A DNA stretch of 31,619 nt from positions 1 through 31,619 of the IMG/VR virus record IMGVR_UViG_3300017722_001395; one strand, given 5' to 3'. The notes beneath the pieces are model-generated. The model made no database searches. It was not told the DNA's origin and saw only the letters and a program-made list of their open reading frames with translations. Every line of letters begins with the position of its first letter. Within the stretch, counting starts at the first letter, position 1. This document shows, one piece after another, positions 17,606 through 26,161 of this stretch. The translations under genes were made by a program, and so were the position numbers. The stretch comes from a virus. Its lineage: Duplodnaviria; Caudoviricetes.

Positions 17606-17653
17606 ACCGCCCTTTAGGGCATAACCAAACCGGACAACGGAGCGCCGACGAAC

Positions 17654-19363
17654 ATGACCGCCATCACCGACAAGGCGAACCTCGAATATCGGGACATGGA
17701 GTCGCCGGGTTCGACGGTTCCGAATGACCCTGACAAACTGGGAATCCGCCAGCTTTTCGCCTTGATAGACATCGCCCTCGCGTCGCTGGGCGTTAACGGC
17801 GCGATCACGGTCAAGAAGGCGACCCGCGCGCTTCTGTTCGCGGACCTCGCTCATATCGCGGACACTTTGGGGGTCGTCTACAATGACGCGACTCCCGCAT
17901 ATAACGGCATCTATTCCAAGGTCGGCGGGTCTGGGTCGGGGTCGTGGTCGCTGACGGCCCTCGCGCTTCCGGCCTCTTTTTCGGCGGACCTGGCCGAAGT
18001 TCTGGCGGCGACGGAAGCGGTCGACGCTGCGGTCGTGGCGGCGGAAGCAGCGCGGGATGCCTCGCAGGGCTTCGCGGAAGATTCCGCGGCGGCCCTGGAT
18101 GCTTCCGAGGTCGCGCTCGCCGGTCTGGGTATCGACCAATTCTTCGATACAAAGGCGGCTGCGAACGCCGGAACTATCGCAAACGGCGAACTGATTCTGG
18201 TCTGGGCCGACGAAAGCCAAGGCGGCGCGCGAACCTTCTATGTCAAAGAGGCCGGGGTTCTAGTTTTTAAGGCGCAAGTCGGGGCGCCCAGCCGCTACCA
18301 TAGTTCGGCGGGCAATGTCTTTTACGGGTCGCTAGCCCCCCTCCTAAACAACACTCCCGCAGGAACAAAAAACGGCGACATCAACACCGGATTCGGTTTT
18401 GGCAATATGCCGAACGCTACTTCGGCTTATGCTTGTTCGACATTCGGTTACGGTGCTGGGAACGGAATTACTACCGGGCACTCGAATACGCTGCTTGGCT
18501 ACCAGTCTGGGCTTGCGATTACGACCGGCATCATGAACACGCTTATCGGTGTAGACGCAGGATTTAACTCGACAGGGTTAAACTATTGCACAGTCGTCGG
18601 TCATCATTGCCTAAACAGCGCAAACTTTTCTGGAAGCGGCGCGGTTATAGTTGGCCAACAGACCGCCCGATCTTTGACTCAAGGCGAATATCTAATCGTT
18701 ATTGGTCGTAACGCGATGGCGAACAGCCCGGCGACCGGATCGACGCTGTCAGAAGTCATTGGTGGCGCGTCAGCTATTTCCTCATCGGTTACACGGTCGA
18801 CTATCGTCGGCGCGGATATTGTTACCAACGCAGGGGCAAGCGTCACGGACTCTGTCCTGATGGGGTATCGGAACCATTACGCTGCAACGTCAGTGGGAAC
18901 GACGCTTTCATTCGGCACTTATGGATTTTTCCGCGCCTCTGCGACTGGCGTCACGTCAGACGGCAACACAGGTGTCGGCTGCGAACACGGCTTCCAGGTT
19001 TCGGGCGATAACAACGTCTTTATGGGCTACCGCGCGGCTTATCAGTCGTCAGACGCCAGCGTCACCGGGTCGGTTTGTATCGGCCCCTACGCAGGTTTCA
19101 ATGACCTGGCCAGCGGCGAACTGGTTATCGCCAACACGGACGGAGCGGCAAACGTTCTTATCCGGGGCGACTTCTCAACTGGCGACGTCACTATCCGCAA
19201 CATCATGATTGCTAAAGGCGATCAAGTCCGCGTTCAAACGGCAAAAACTCCTGCATCAGCGTCTGCAACGGGTGTTGCTGGCTCGATCTGCTGGGATGCG
19301 TCATATATCTACGTCTGCACGGCCACGAATACGTGGAAGCGTGTTGCGATTGCGACTTGGTGA
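17654..19363 (+). CDS. Tail fibre / receptor-binding protein
   Basis: N-terminal anchor, coiled coil, about 14-aa Gly/Asn/Thr repeats (NTLLGYQSG, NTLIGVDAG, NVFMGYRAA), C-terminal TPASASATG--G-ICWD--YIYVCTATNTWKR module. Confidence 0.8.
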   Translation: MTAITDKANLEYRDMESPGSTVPNDPDKLGIRQLFALIDIALASLGVNGAITVKKATRALLFADLAHIADTLGVVYNDATPAYNGIYSKVGGSGSGSWSLTALALPASFSADLAEVLAATEAVDAAVVAAEAARDASQGFAEDSAAALDASEVALAGLGIDQFFDTKAAANAGTIANGELILVWADESQGGARTFYVKEAGVLVFKAQVGAPSRYHSSAGNVFYGSLAPLLNNTPAGTKNGDINTGFGFGNMPNATSAYACSTFGYGAGNGITTGHSNTLLGYQSGLAITTGIMNTLIGVDAGFNSTGLNYCTVVGHHCLNSANFSGSGAVIVGQQTARSLTQGEYLIVIGRNAMANSPATGSTLSEVIGGASAISSSVTRSTIVGADIVTNAGASVTDSVLMGYRNHYAATSVGTTLSFGTYGFFRASATGVTSDGNTGVGCEHGFQVSGDNNVFMGYRAAYQSSDASVTGSVCIGPYAGFNDLASGELVIANTDGAANVLIRGDFSTGDVTIRNIMIAKGDQVRVQTAKTPASASATGVAGSICWDASYIYVCTATNTWKRVAIATW

Positions 19364-19369
19364 TCTGGC

Positions 19370-19603
19370 ATGACCCTGCACTCAGACGCCCGCAAGCTCA
19401 ACTGGGCCATGATCGGCGTGATGCTGACCCTAGGCATTCAGATCGCGGTTCTCATCTTCTGGGGTGGCGGCATCAATCAGCGGGTGGCCAGCCTTGAACG
19501 GATCGTCGGACCCCTTTCTGACGGAACGCTGGCCCGATTGGATGAGCGCACCCAGGCGATGAAAGAACAACTTGACCGCATAGAAAAGGCCGACCGCGAA
19601 TGA
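19370..19603 (+). CDS. Single-TM lysis-cassette membrane protein (holin-associated)
   Basis: One hydrophobic segment followed by coiled coil LARLDERTQAMKEQLDRIE. Confidence 0.6.
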   Translation: MTLHSDARKLNWAMIGVMLTLGIQIAVLIFWGGGINQRVASLERIVGPLSDGTLARLDERTQAMKEQLDRIEKADRE

Positions 19604-19881
19604 CCGTTCCGCCCGTTCATCCTTTAGAACGGATTAAGGCGTTCGTCGGCGACCTAGCCCGGCCCTTTGCCATTATCGCGACGTCGTTTTCGGCGGCTTG
19701 GGCGACCATCGTCATTTCGTCGAAGGTCGAGAACGGGAATGACGGGGCCATTTTCGCCGGGGCCTATTTTCTGGGCGTCGCGACCCTTTACGGGGCGAAG
19801 GCCGTCGAGGCCATAAACACCGCCCGAACCCGCCGCGACGTTGACGTCGCCGCCGTAAACGCAGGAAACCCCCCGCCATGA
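19600..19881 (+). CDS. Putative holin (2 TM)
   Basis: Two hydrophobic segments; ATGA-coupled to the endolysin. Confidence 0.65.
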   Translation: MTVPPVHPLERIKAFVGDLARPFAIIATSFSAAWATIVISSKVENGNDGAIFAGAYFLGVATLYGAKAVEAINTARTRRDVDVAAVNAGNPPP

Positions 19882-20456
19882 CGAAAGCCCTGTTCGACGC
19901 CGTCCGCCAGATCAAGGCCGCGCCACTGACGCAAGCCGACGTTGACGCGGTGAACGCCGCCCTCGCGCCGGATGACGTCGAGGCCCCGCCCGCTTTGCCC
20001 GGCGTCCTGACGCCTAGTCCTGCCGGGGTTAAATTGATGCACGATTTCGAAGGGTGTCGGCTTCAGGCATACGCCGACCCCGGTTCCGACGACGGGCATC
20101 CGTGGACTATCGGCTGGGGTTCGACCGGCCCCGGCATCGCGAAGGGCGTCGTCTGGACGCAACAACAGGCCGACGACCGTTTCGCCGCGGACTTGGCGAA
20201 GTTCGCCGCGAAGGTTCGGGACGTTCTGGGCGGCGCGAAGACGACCGGCCCCCAGTTCGACGCTATGGTTTCGCTGGCCTATAACATCGGCGTCGGGGCC
20301 TTTTCGAAGTCGACGGTTCTTCGGAAGCATCGCGCGGGCGACTATCCCGGCGCCCAGGCCGCTTTCGCCATGTGGAACAAAAACGACGGCGCCGTGATGG
20401 CGGGCCTGACCCGTCGCCGGGCTGCTGAAGCCGCGCGTTATGGGGCTGCGTCGTGA
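19878..20456 (+). CDS. Endolysin, GH24 lysozyme
   Basis: FEGCRLQAYADP, WTIGWGST (E/D/T triad), QFDAMVSLAYNIG-GAF--ST, GL-RRR-AEA. Confidence 0.95.
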   Translation: MTKALFDAVRQIKAAPLTQADVDAVNAALAPDDVEAPPALPGVLTPSPAGVKLMHDFEGCRLQAYADPGSDDGHPWTIGWGSTGPGIAKGVVWTQQQADDRFAADLAKFAAKVRDVLGGAKTTGPQFDAMVSLAYNIGVGAFSKSTVLRKHRAGDYPGAQAAFAMWNKNDGAVMAGLTRRRAAEAARYGAAS

Positions 20457-20848
20457 ACTGGTTTCGCGGCCTCGACGCGGTCGTTCAACGGGCGCTGGCC
20501 ATCGGGTCGCTAGTTCTGGCGCTGGTCGTGGTCGGGCTGGTCGTCGGGTATTGTTCGCAAGGCGACGCGACGGCCCGCGCTAAGTTCGAAGGGCGGGTCG
20601 CTGAGACGCAAGCGGGCTTGGGCGCTGAAGCCGCGACGACCACGGCGGCCCAGGTTCAGGAAGAAGCCGACAACGCCGCCCAGACCGGGCGCAATCGTGA
20701 GGACATCCTAAGTGCTGAAAATGCGACCGACTCGGCTGGCGATGCTGGCGACCGTGGCCTTCGCGGCGTCTGTGGCCGGGTGTCATACCGTGAATCCGAA
20801 CGCTGCGTTGAACTGCGGCGCGCTGATAGGGCCGACCCTTCGCGCTGA
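20453..20848 (+). CDS. Inner-membrane spanin (Rz-like)
   Basis: N-terminal TM helix, periplasmic helical region, late Cys residues; overlaps a lipoprotein gene. Confidence 0.75.
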   Translation: MNWFRGLDAVVQRALAIGSLVLALVVVGLVVGYCSQGDATARAKFEGRVAETQAGLGAEAATTTAAQVQEEADNAAQTGRNREDILSAENATDSAGDAGDRGLRGVCGRVSYRESERCVELRRADRADPSR

Positions 20849-21029
20849 CGTCCCCGGCGCCGACTTGCCTGTCGGGAACACGGTCGGGGACTGGGTCGCC
20901 TTCGGTGACGCCCAGACCGGCAAGCTAGAGGACGCCAACGGGCGCCGGGCGGCGGTGGTCGAGATTGTCGACCGGTGCCAAGCGGAACAGTCCCGCCTTA
21001 CCCGGCCCCGGTTTCTGGGCCTATTCTGA
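20721..21029 (+). CDS. Outer-membrane spanin (Rz1-like lipoprotein)
   Basis: Signal peptide MRPTRLAMLATVAFAASVAG-C lipobox; W-AFG-AQTG-L--AN-R; overlaps Rz in another frame. Confidence 0.8.
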   Translation: MRPTRLAMLATVAFAASVAGCHTVNPNAALNCGALIGPTLRADVPGADLPVGNTVGDWVAFGDAQTGKLEDANGRRAAVVEIVDRCQAEQSRLTRPRFLGLF

Positions 21030-21239
21030 CCCGATTTTTTCGGCGACCGACTTAATCAGTTCGACGGTCAAAGCGGGGTCGGGGTCCACTTGCGTCCGGT
21101 GAATCAGCCGATAAACGGCGGCCATCGTCCCGCTGATAACCGCTTCGATATCGGCCGGGTCGGTCAGCGTTCCGACCTGGGCGACGATGGCGGCCCAGAC
21201 GTCGGCGTCGGCAAGCTTGGCGCGGGTCTGAAAGTTCAT
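21021..21239 (-). CDS. Hypothetical protein
   Basis: 72 aa, ATGA-coupled last gene of the leftward operon. Confidence 0.65.
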   Translation of the reverse strand: MNFQTRAKLADADVWAAIVAQVGTLTDPADIEAVISGTMAAVYRLIHRTQVDPDPALTVELIKSVAEKIGSE

Positions 21240-21463
21240 TGCGCGGCGGCCTCCCGGATTAGGACATATTCGCCCAGATAAAACCGGGCGTCAGGCCCCA
21301 TTGATGTCCTATAGACCCTGATGTCGAAGCCCTGTTCGCGCAATCGCGAGATCAACACCCGCAAGCTAGCACGAGACGCGACTTCGACTTCGCGGAACCC
21401 GTTCGTCGAAAGCGGCCCCTTTCGAAGCCTTTCGACGATTTTTGTCTGACCCGGCGTCATCAC
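21236..21463 (-). CDS. Small winged HTH protein
   Basis: SRASLRVLISRLREQGFDI recognition-helix and wing pattern. Confidence 0.65.
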   Translation of the reverse strand: MMTPGQTKIVERLRKGPLSTNGFREVEVASRASLRVLISRLREQGFDIRVYRTSMGPDARFYLGEYVLIREAAAQ

Positions 21464-22785
21464 CCGGCCCCCTGTAGCGCCTTAACCCGGTCCATCACGG
21501 CGCGGGCGACACCCGCTTGCATACCCTCGCCGCCCTGGGCGAACCATTCCTGGTCGCGGGCCAGCGGGAGAATCGCTTGCAGGGCCTCGACGTCGCTTTC
21601 GGCTTCGATGTAGCAGCCGAGAACGAACGGGTCGGACTCGGGGGAAATCTTCGCCCCGCCTTCGTTCAGGACGCGGACCCGCGCCCAGACCTTGCACCTG
21701 GGGCCGCGCTTGGCGTCGGGCGTCGCGCATTCCCCTGAAGTGAACAGGGCGCGAAGGGCGCCGGTCAGCCCCTCGACGTCGGTTGCGGCTTCGATGGCGT
21801 CGTTAAAGGCGTCGAACGCGGTCGCCGGTTCGGTCTGGTCGTGGTCTGGGCCTTGAATAGCCCCTGGGGCGTCTTCAATCGGTTCTGGCGTCGTCGTCGC
21901 GATTTCCTCGACTTCGGCGTCAGCGGGCGGAATTTCGGGGTCGGCGACCGCATCGCCGGGGAAGTGGTCGTCGGCATGGTCGGCGATGACCTGTTCGACG
22001 ATTTCCGGTTCCGCTTCCGCGATGGCGGCGAGGGCTTCGGCGGCGATGGTTTTATTCGTCCGACGCTTTGCCTTCGGTTCAGCGGCGGGCGCGGCCTCCC
22101 CGGCTTCATCCGCCAGGTTTCGGATGCCGAAGCCTTCGGTCGCTAGGGTCTGCGTCGTTTCCAGCCGGGCCAGGAGTCCAGTCCCCGGCCTCGCCGCCGT
22201 GTCGGACGGGAGCGGGTCGCCGTAGTCTTCGACTTCCTCCCGAATCTGGAACCCGCGAAGAACGTCGGCGGCGCCGTCCCGGATGGCGAACGACCGGGCG
22301 CGCATCTTGAGCATTCGCTTCGGCGCGGATTGCCAAGGCCCGGCCTTTTTCCAAAGGCCCGCCGTCTTCGCGTCGTCGACACTGAAGGACGCTTCGGCGG
22401 TGTCCCCGTTATCGGGCCGGGTGACTTCACAATAGGCGGTCATGGCCTCGCCTTCGCCTTCCAGCCATTCGCGGACCTTGAACCCGTTCGTTCGCACAAC
22501 GGCCATAAGCGCATCGCCCCAGAGTGTCGGGCGGTTGTTAATGATGGCGAACGACTGAAGCGACTGGAACGGCGGGAGTCCCAGTTCAGCCCCGGCCATG
22601 ATGGCGACGAAGCAAGTTTCGGGAGTCTTGAACCCTTGCGGGGTCATCCCGGACTGGGCCAGCGCGGAGGCGATGCGAAACGCCTGTTCGATGTCCTGGG
22701 GGATTAGGGCGCCGACGTTCCCGCCGACCGCCATCGACGGGCGCGGGCGGGTTTCGACGGTCAGGGCTTGGGTCTGGTCGTTCAT
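21460..22785 (-). CDS. recT: RecT-like ssDNA annealing protein with long C-terminal extension
   Basis: G-ELGLPP-QSLQ--AIIN-RP-LWGD, FS--DAK-AGLW-K-GPW---PKRML-MRAR-FA-RD--ADVL-G; downstream of a RecE-like nuclease. Confidence 0.85.
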   Translation of the reverse strand: MNDQTQALTVETRPRPSMAVGGNVGALIPQDIEQAFRIASALAQSGMTPQGFKTPETCFVAIMAGAELGLPPFQSLQSFAIINNRPTLWGDALMAVVRTNGFKVREWLEGEGEAMTAYCEVTRPDNGDTAEASFSVDDAKTAGLWKKAGPWQSAPKRMLKMRARSFAIRDGAADVLRGFQIREEVEDYGDPLPSDTAARPGTGLLARLETTQTLATEGFGIRNLADEAGEAAPAAEPKAKRRTNKTIAAEALAAIAEAEPEIVEQVIADHADDHFPGDAVADPEIPPADAEVEEIATTTPEPIEDAPGAIQGPDHDQTEPATAFDAFNDAIEAATDVEGLTGALRALFTSGECATPDAKRGPRCKVWARVRVLNEGGAKISPESDPFVLGCYIEAESDVEALQAILPLARDQEWFAQGGEGMQAGVARAVMDRVKALQGAG

Positions 22786-22815
22786 GTCTTTTTTTCCGTT
22801 CAGGATTGAGAGGGT

Positions 22816-22980
22816 TCAGGCGAATTCGGGGTCGCAACCGTGGCCGCGACATTCGGGACAAGGCCCGGCGTCTTTTTCGGTTTCGAGGTCGTCAGGCTGG
22901 GCGTCGGCGCAGAACAAACGCCCCTCGACGCAGCGGACCGGCCTTCCGGGATTTAACCAACTTCCAGACCATCGAGTCAT
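22816..22980 (-). CDS. Small Cys-rich protein (54 aa)
   Basis: ATGA overlap with the exonuclease stop; RCVEGRLFC...CPECRGHGC (CxxCxGxG zinc-binding motif). Confidence 0.65.
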   Translation of the reverse strand: MTRWSGSWLNPGRPVRCVEGRLFCADAQPDDLETEKDAGPCPECRGHGCDPEFA

Positions 22981-23942
22981 AGGGTCGCCTCCCCTGCTAA
23001 AATCTGGAGTCGGCGTTCGATGGCCTTCCGGCGCCACGGCGTGACTTCCGCGAACTGGGCGTCGACCTGACCCCCGCCCGGCCCATGCCAAACGCCAGAC
23101 TTCACGGCGGCGGCGAAGATCGGAAGGACGGCCCGAACCTGGCGTTCGCCCAGTTCAAGGTCGGCGGGCGTCAGTTCGCGGACGCGGACGCAGAACGGGG
23201 CGGACTTCTCGACGAAGACAAGGGAAAAGGATTCCATTTCGCGGCCCAGGACGGCGCGGGCCGCCATCCCGACCAAAGCGCCCTGAACGTGAAGGTCGCG
23301 GTCGCTGATGGCCCGTTCGATGCCTTCGTCGGTTATGTCTTCGATGGTTTTCAGGTCGGCGAACGACATATCGACCGCGGGAATGGCGTCGGGGCGGACC
23401 TTCAGCCAAACGCCCGACTCTTCGTCGCGCCAGATAATCGAATGTTCGATACACCCGTTCAGGATGCCCGCCCGAATGAGCGGTTCGACCTTCAGGGACT
23501 CGGCCATGCCCCGAATGCGCGCCAACTGGGCCAGGGTCAGGACCGACAAGCCCGCCGCCTTCGCTTCGCCCAGCCAAGCGCGGCAAGTCCCGGCGTTAGC
23601 GTTCCAGGGCTTCGACCGGGCTTCGGCGTCGAGATAGGTTTCCGGCCTGATGACGAAATGTTTTTGAAAGTCGGCTTCGCCTAGCAACAGGTGGTGAGCG
23701 GCCCGCCCGAACAAGAGCGGTTCCGACTCCTTGTCCGGTTCAGCGTTCGGGTTCAGATACGACCCGGCGAAATAGTGCGCGGCGGATTGGCTGAAGATGG
23801 TCCGAACGCCGCTGGAACTGATCGACGGCCCGACCGCGACGTTCTGATGGTATCCTGTCCCGGCGTCGTTTCGCATCGGGATATCGCGATAGATGCCGGG
23901 GCGGCTGACCGGCTTCCCGTTCCATTGTATGACTTGCATCAC
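22977..23942 (-). CDS. recE: RecE / exonuclease VIII-like PD-(D/E)XK nuclease (DUF3799-like)
   Basis: PGIY, YH, SISSSG, FG-AAH-LLL, E-SIIW-D-ESGVWLKVRPD, DLKT, FVEK-AP. Confidence 0.9.
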   Translation of the reverse strand: MMQVIQWNGKPVSRPGIYRDIPMRNDAGTGYHQNVAVGPSISSSGVRTIFSQSAAHYFAGSYLNPNAEPDKESEPLLFGRAAHHLLLGEADFQKHFVIRPETYLDAEARSKPWNANAGTCRAWLGEAKAAGLSVLTLAQLARIRGMAESLKVEPLIRAGILNGCIEHSIIWRDEESGVWLKVRPDAIPAVDMSFADLKTIEDITDEGIERAISDRDLHVQGALVGMAARAVLGREMESFSLVFVEKSAPFCVRVRELTPADLELGERQVRAVLPIFAAAVKSGVWHGPGGGQVDAQFAEVTPWRRKAIERRLQILAGEATL

Positions 23943-24289
23943 AAGTCCCCGAATTTCTCGCGCCTTTCGTGGCGCGTCATGGCGGCGATGTCGTCGGCCT
24001 TCTGATAGGCGACGACGGCCTGGGCGGCCTTGACGTCGAACCGGCCCAGGTCGAAGTCGCCCAGCGCCTCGCGCGCCGCTAACATCGCGGCAAACGGGAC
24101 ATGAACGACGGCGTAAACGTCGGACACGACGACGGCGGGATGATGGGGCCGGAACTGGGCCAGCGCGCGGATGGCGGCGGCGCCAGCGCGAAGGGCTTTT
24201 ATTTCGTCAAATGTGTGAACGGTTTTCCCGTCGTCGCGAAACTGGGTCACGACACGGTCGAGAATAACGGCGTCTGGGTGGTCGGTCAT
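23939..24289 (-). CDS. Hypothetical protein
   Basis: 116 aa, tightly coupled to both neighbours. Confidence 0.65.
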   Translation of the reverse strand: MTDHPDAVILDRVVTQFRDDGKTVHTFDEIKALRAGAAAIRALAQFRPHHPAVVVSDVYAVVHVPFAAMLAAREALGDFDLGRFDVKAAQAVVAYQKADDIAAMTRHERREKFGDL

Positions 24290-24291
24290 GG

Positions 24292-24930
24292 TCAGCCCTT
24301 GTCGGTGGTGGTTGCGTCAGAAACGGTCACAGATCGGGCCATCCCGACCAGAAGTTCGCGGAAGGCGGGCGGCGTATAGATGCGCGCCGTGCTGTCGGTT
24401 CCGCCGCCGCGGGATGCGACTTCCCCCCGTTTCTTCGCCTTCGCCAGACCGATGCGGGCGATGATGGCTGGGTTTAACCGGGCTTCAGTCTGGCCCCATT
24501 CCAGTTCGGGAAGGTCAACGCCGACCGCATAAAGAAGCGTCGGTTTCCGCGCGTAGTGCCCATAAGCCCTTTGTTCGACGCAGCACGTCCAGCCGCGATA
24601 AAAGTCGGCGGCAATCCAGCCGCCCTTACGGTCTGGAAGGTTCAGGCCGAAATGCGCCCAAGCGTGACTCCCCCAAGGGTGTTCTAGGACTCCTCCGTAG
24701 GTTCGAACGGCGTCCAGAGCGGCGGCAAAACATCCGCCGTCGTCGCCTTTGACTTTTCGAACGCCGCCGGGCTGACCAAACCACATTTTTCCCCATAGCT
24801 GGCACGGAGGGTGAGCGACGACCGGATGAGGTCCAGCGTATCGCCGCGCGTCGCGGTCTTCGTCCCAAGGGTCGATGTCAGGGTCGCCGAAATAGGCGCC
24901 GCCGGTCTGGACATACAGAGCGGCGATCAC
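24292..24930 (-). CDS. Divergent cytosine-methyltransferase-like protein
   Basis: Start GTG 24930 (MIAALYV); D--RDA, VVAHPPCQ (motif IV-like), VLEHP (motif VI-like), Q--YGH-A-K-T (motif VIII-like), R--TP--F (motif X-like); no FxGxG. Confidence 0.6.
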   Translation of the reverse strand: MIAALYVQTGGAYFGDPDIDPWDEDRDARRYAGPHPVVAHPPCQLWGKMWFGQPGGVRKVKGDDGGCFAAALDAVRTYGGVLEHPWGSHAWAHFGLNLPDRKGGWIAADFYRGWTCCVEQRAYGHYARKPTLLYAVGVDLPELEWGQTEARLNPAIIARIGLAKAKKRGEVASRGGGTDSTARIYTPPAFRELLVGMARSVTVSDATTTDKG

Positions 24931-25088
24931 AGAACGCCCGCCATGATGACGGCCCCGACGACGGCCACGACCGCCCCGACCATGTCCCATCGGTTCCAAG
25001 TCGCGGGCTGGCGGCGGCTTTCGAACGGCTCCCATCCGTCAAGCGCCACGTCGGCGTGGTCGTCGGGGAGAAGGGGCGGGGCTTCCAT
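24927..25088 (-). CDS. 53-aa protein with C-terminal transmembrane helix (not in ORF track)
   Basis: MEAPPLLPDDHADVALDGWEPFESRRQPATWNRWDMVGAVVAVVGAVIMAGVL; TGATG overlap upstream and GTGA overlap downstream. Confidence 0.75.
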   Translation of the reverse strand: MEAPPLLPDDHADVALDGWEPFESRRQPATWNRWDMVGAVVAVVGAVIMAGVL

Positions 25089-25357
25089 CACAGAGCGTTC
25101 AGATAGGCGACAACGTGGTCGACATCGACGGTCGGGAAAACCGCCAGAATCTCAACGTCAGCGGCGCCGGTCGTGTTGCCCTTGGCGTTCAAGGCAAAGG
25201 AAACGACATCGACGTGATATTTGCCTTTTGCGACGCTGACGCCGTAGCGGCGACCTGTCCGAATCCTTGCGTCCAGCGTGGCGGATTGAAGGTCGTTAAA
25301 ACGACGCGCGGTTGCAGCGGTAGCCAGTTCGGCGGCGGTCAGTCGGTCGGTTTTCAT
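25088..25357 (-). CDS. Hypothetical protein, first gene of the leftward operon
   Basis: 89 aa; GAAAGGCTGAAACG-ATG leader. Confidence 0.75.
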   Translation of the reverse strand: MKTDRLTAAELATAATARRFNDLQSATLDARIRTGRRYGVSVAKGKYHVDVVSFALNAKGNTTGAADVEILAVFPTVDVDHVVAYLNAL

Positions 25358-25400
25358 CGTTTCAGCCTTTCAATCGGGGAGTTCCGCGCCCCGTTCAAAC

Positions 25401-25429
25401 TGTATGACAGTCCGCGCCGATAAGGTCAA
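25401..25429 (-). promoter_or_regulatory. Leftward promoter with TGTCATACA motif
   Basis: On the minus strand TTGACC (25429-25424), 17 nt, CATACA (25406-25401). Confidence 0.7.
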
Positions 25430-25470
25430 CGGCCCCGGCGTCGATTGTTTACATTATTTTTGGCGGGGCT

Positions 25471-25498
25471 TTTAACCCGTCCCGGCGCGTGTCATACA
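25471..25498 (+). promoter_or_regulatory. Rightward promoter with TGTCATACA motif
   Basis: TTTAAC (25471-25476), 16 nt, CATACA (25493-25498); a further TTTACA lies at 25448-25453 in AT-rich sequence. Confidence 0.55.
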
Positions 25499-25564
25499 TT
25501 CGGCCCGGCGACGGGCTGACGCCGCGAAATCCCTATGTTCAGCCGCTACCGAAAGGGCCGACGC

Positions 25565-26161
25565 ATGGCCGAAACCGTGGGCGCCGCAAAGAAGCCGCGC
25601 CAGAAATCCAAGTCCGAACGCGACGCCGAAGCCGACGCGAACAACGTCGTTCCCTTCGCCCCTATCCCGAACGAAGACCAAGTCGCCGCGCTTCGGTCGA
25701 AGCTTCTAACCGGCTTGGCCGACCTTCGCGCGTTCGACGAAAAGATCGCCGCCGCCATGTCGAAGGTTAAAACCCTTCGCGCTGACCGGAAAACCGTCGT
25801 CGCGAAACTGGGCGCGGCTGGCCTCCCGGCCTCGCTGGTCAAGGAAGCGATGACCGACGCGGACAACACCCGAACCGACCTCGCCGAAAAGGAACGCGCC
25901 CGCGACTTCGTCCGCGAGACGATGGGGCTTCCGAAGGCCGACTGGTCCGCTGCGTTTGACGGCCTCCCGACCGGCGCCGTCGAAGAAATCGACCACGAGG
26001 CCCGCGGTTATACGGCTGGCGCGCTGGGCGAAGACGGGACCCCGCCGCCAGAATGCCCGCCTGAACGCGCCCAGAACTGGTTGACCGGCTGGAACAGGGC
26101 GCAGGAAGTCCGCGCGATGACCCTCGCGCCGACCGTCGAAGCGCCGGAAGCGTTCCAGTGA
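25565..26161 (+). CDS. GapR (DUF2312)-like domain plus C-terminal RMF-like domain
   Basis: LRAFDEKI...LRADRKTVVAKLGAAGL...AEKERARDFVRETMG resembles GapR; ARGYTAGALG---PP--P----QNWLTGW--AQ resembles ribosome modulation factor. GAAAGG upstream. Confidence 0.55.
   Translation: MAETVGAAKKPRQKSKSERDAEADANNVVPFAPIPNEDQVAALRSKLLTGLADLRAFDEKIAAAMSKVKTLRADRKTVVAKLGAAGLPASLVKEAMTDADNTRTDLAEKERARDFVRETMGLPKADWSAAFDGLPTGAVEEIDHEARGYTAGALGEDGTPPPECPPERAQNWLTGWNRAQEVRAMTLAPTVEAPEAFQ

Noticed and set aside
17654-19363. Diversity-generating retroelement or invertible tail-fibre cassette
   Set aside because: No reverse transcriptase, invertase or second copy of the fibre 3' end seen in the window.
20781-20788. 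TGTCATAC inside the spanin overlap, and TGTCTGACA at 29526
   Set aside because: Partial matches in coding sequence without promoter context; likely chance.
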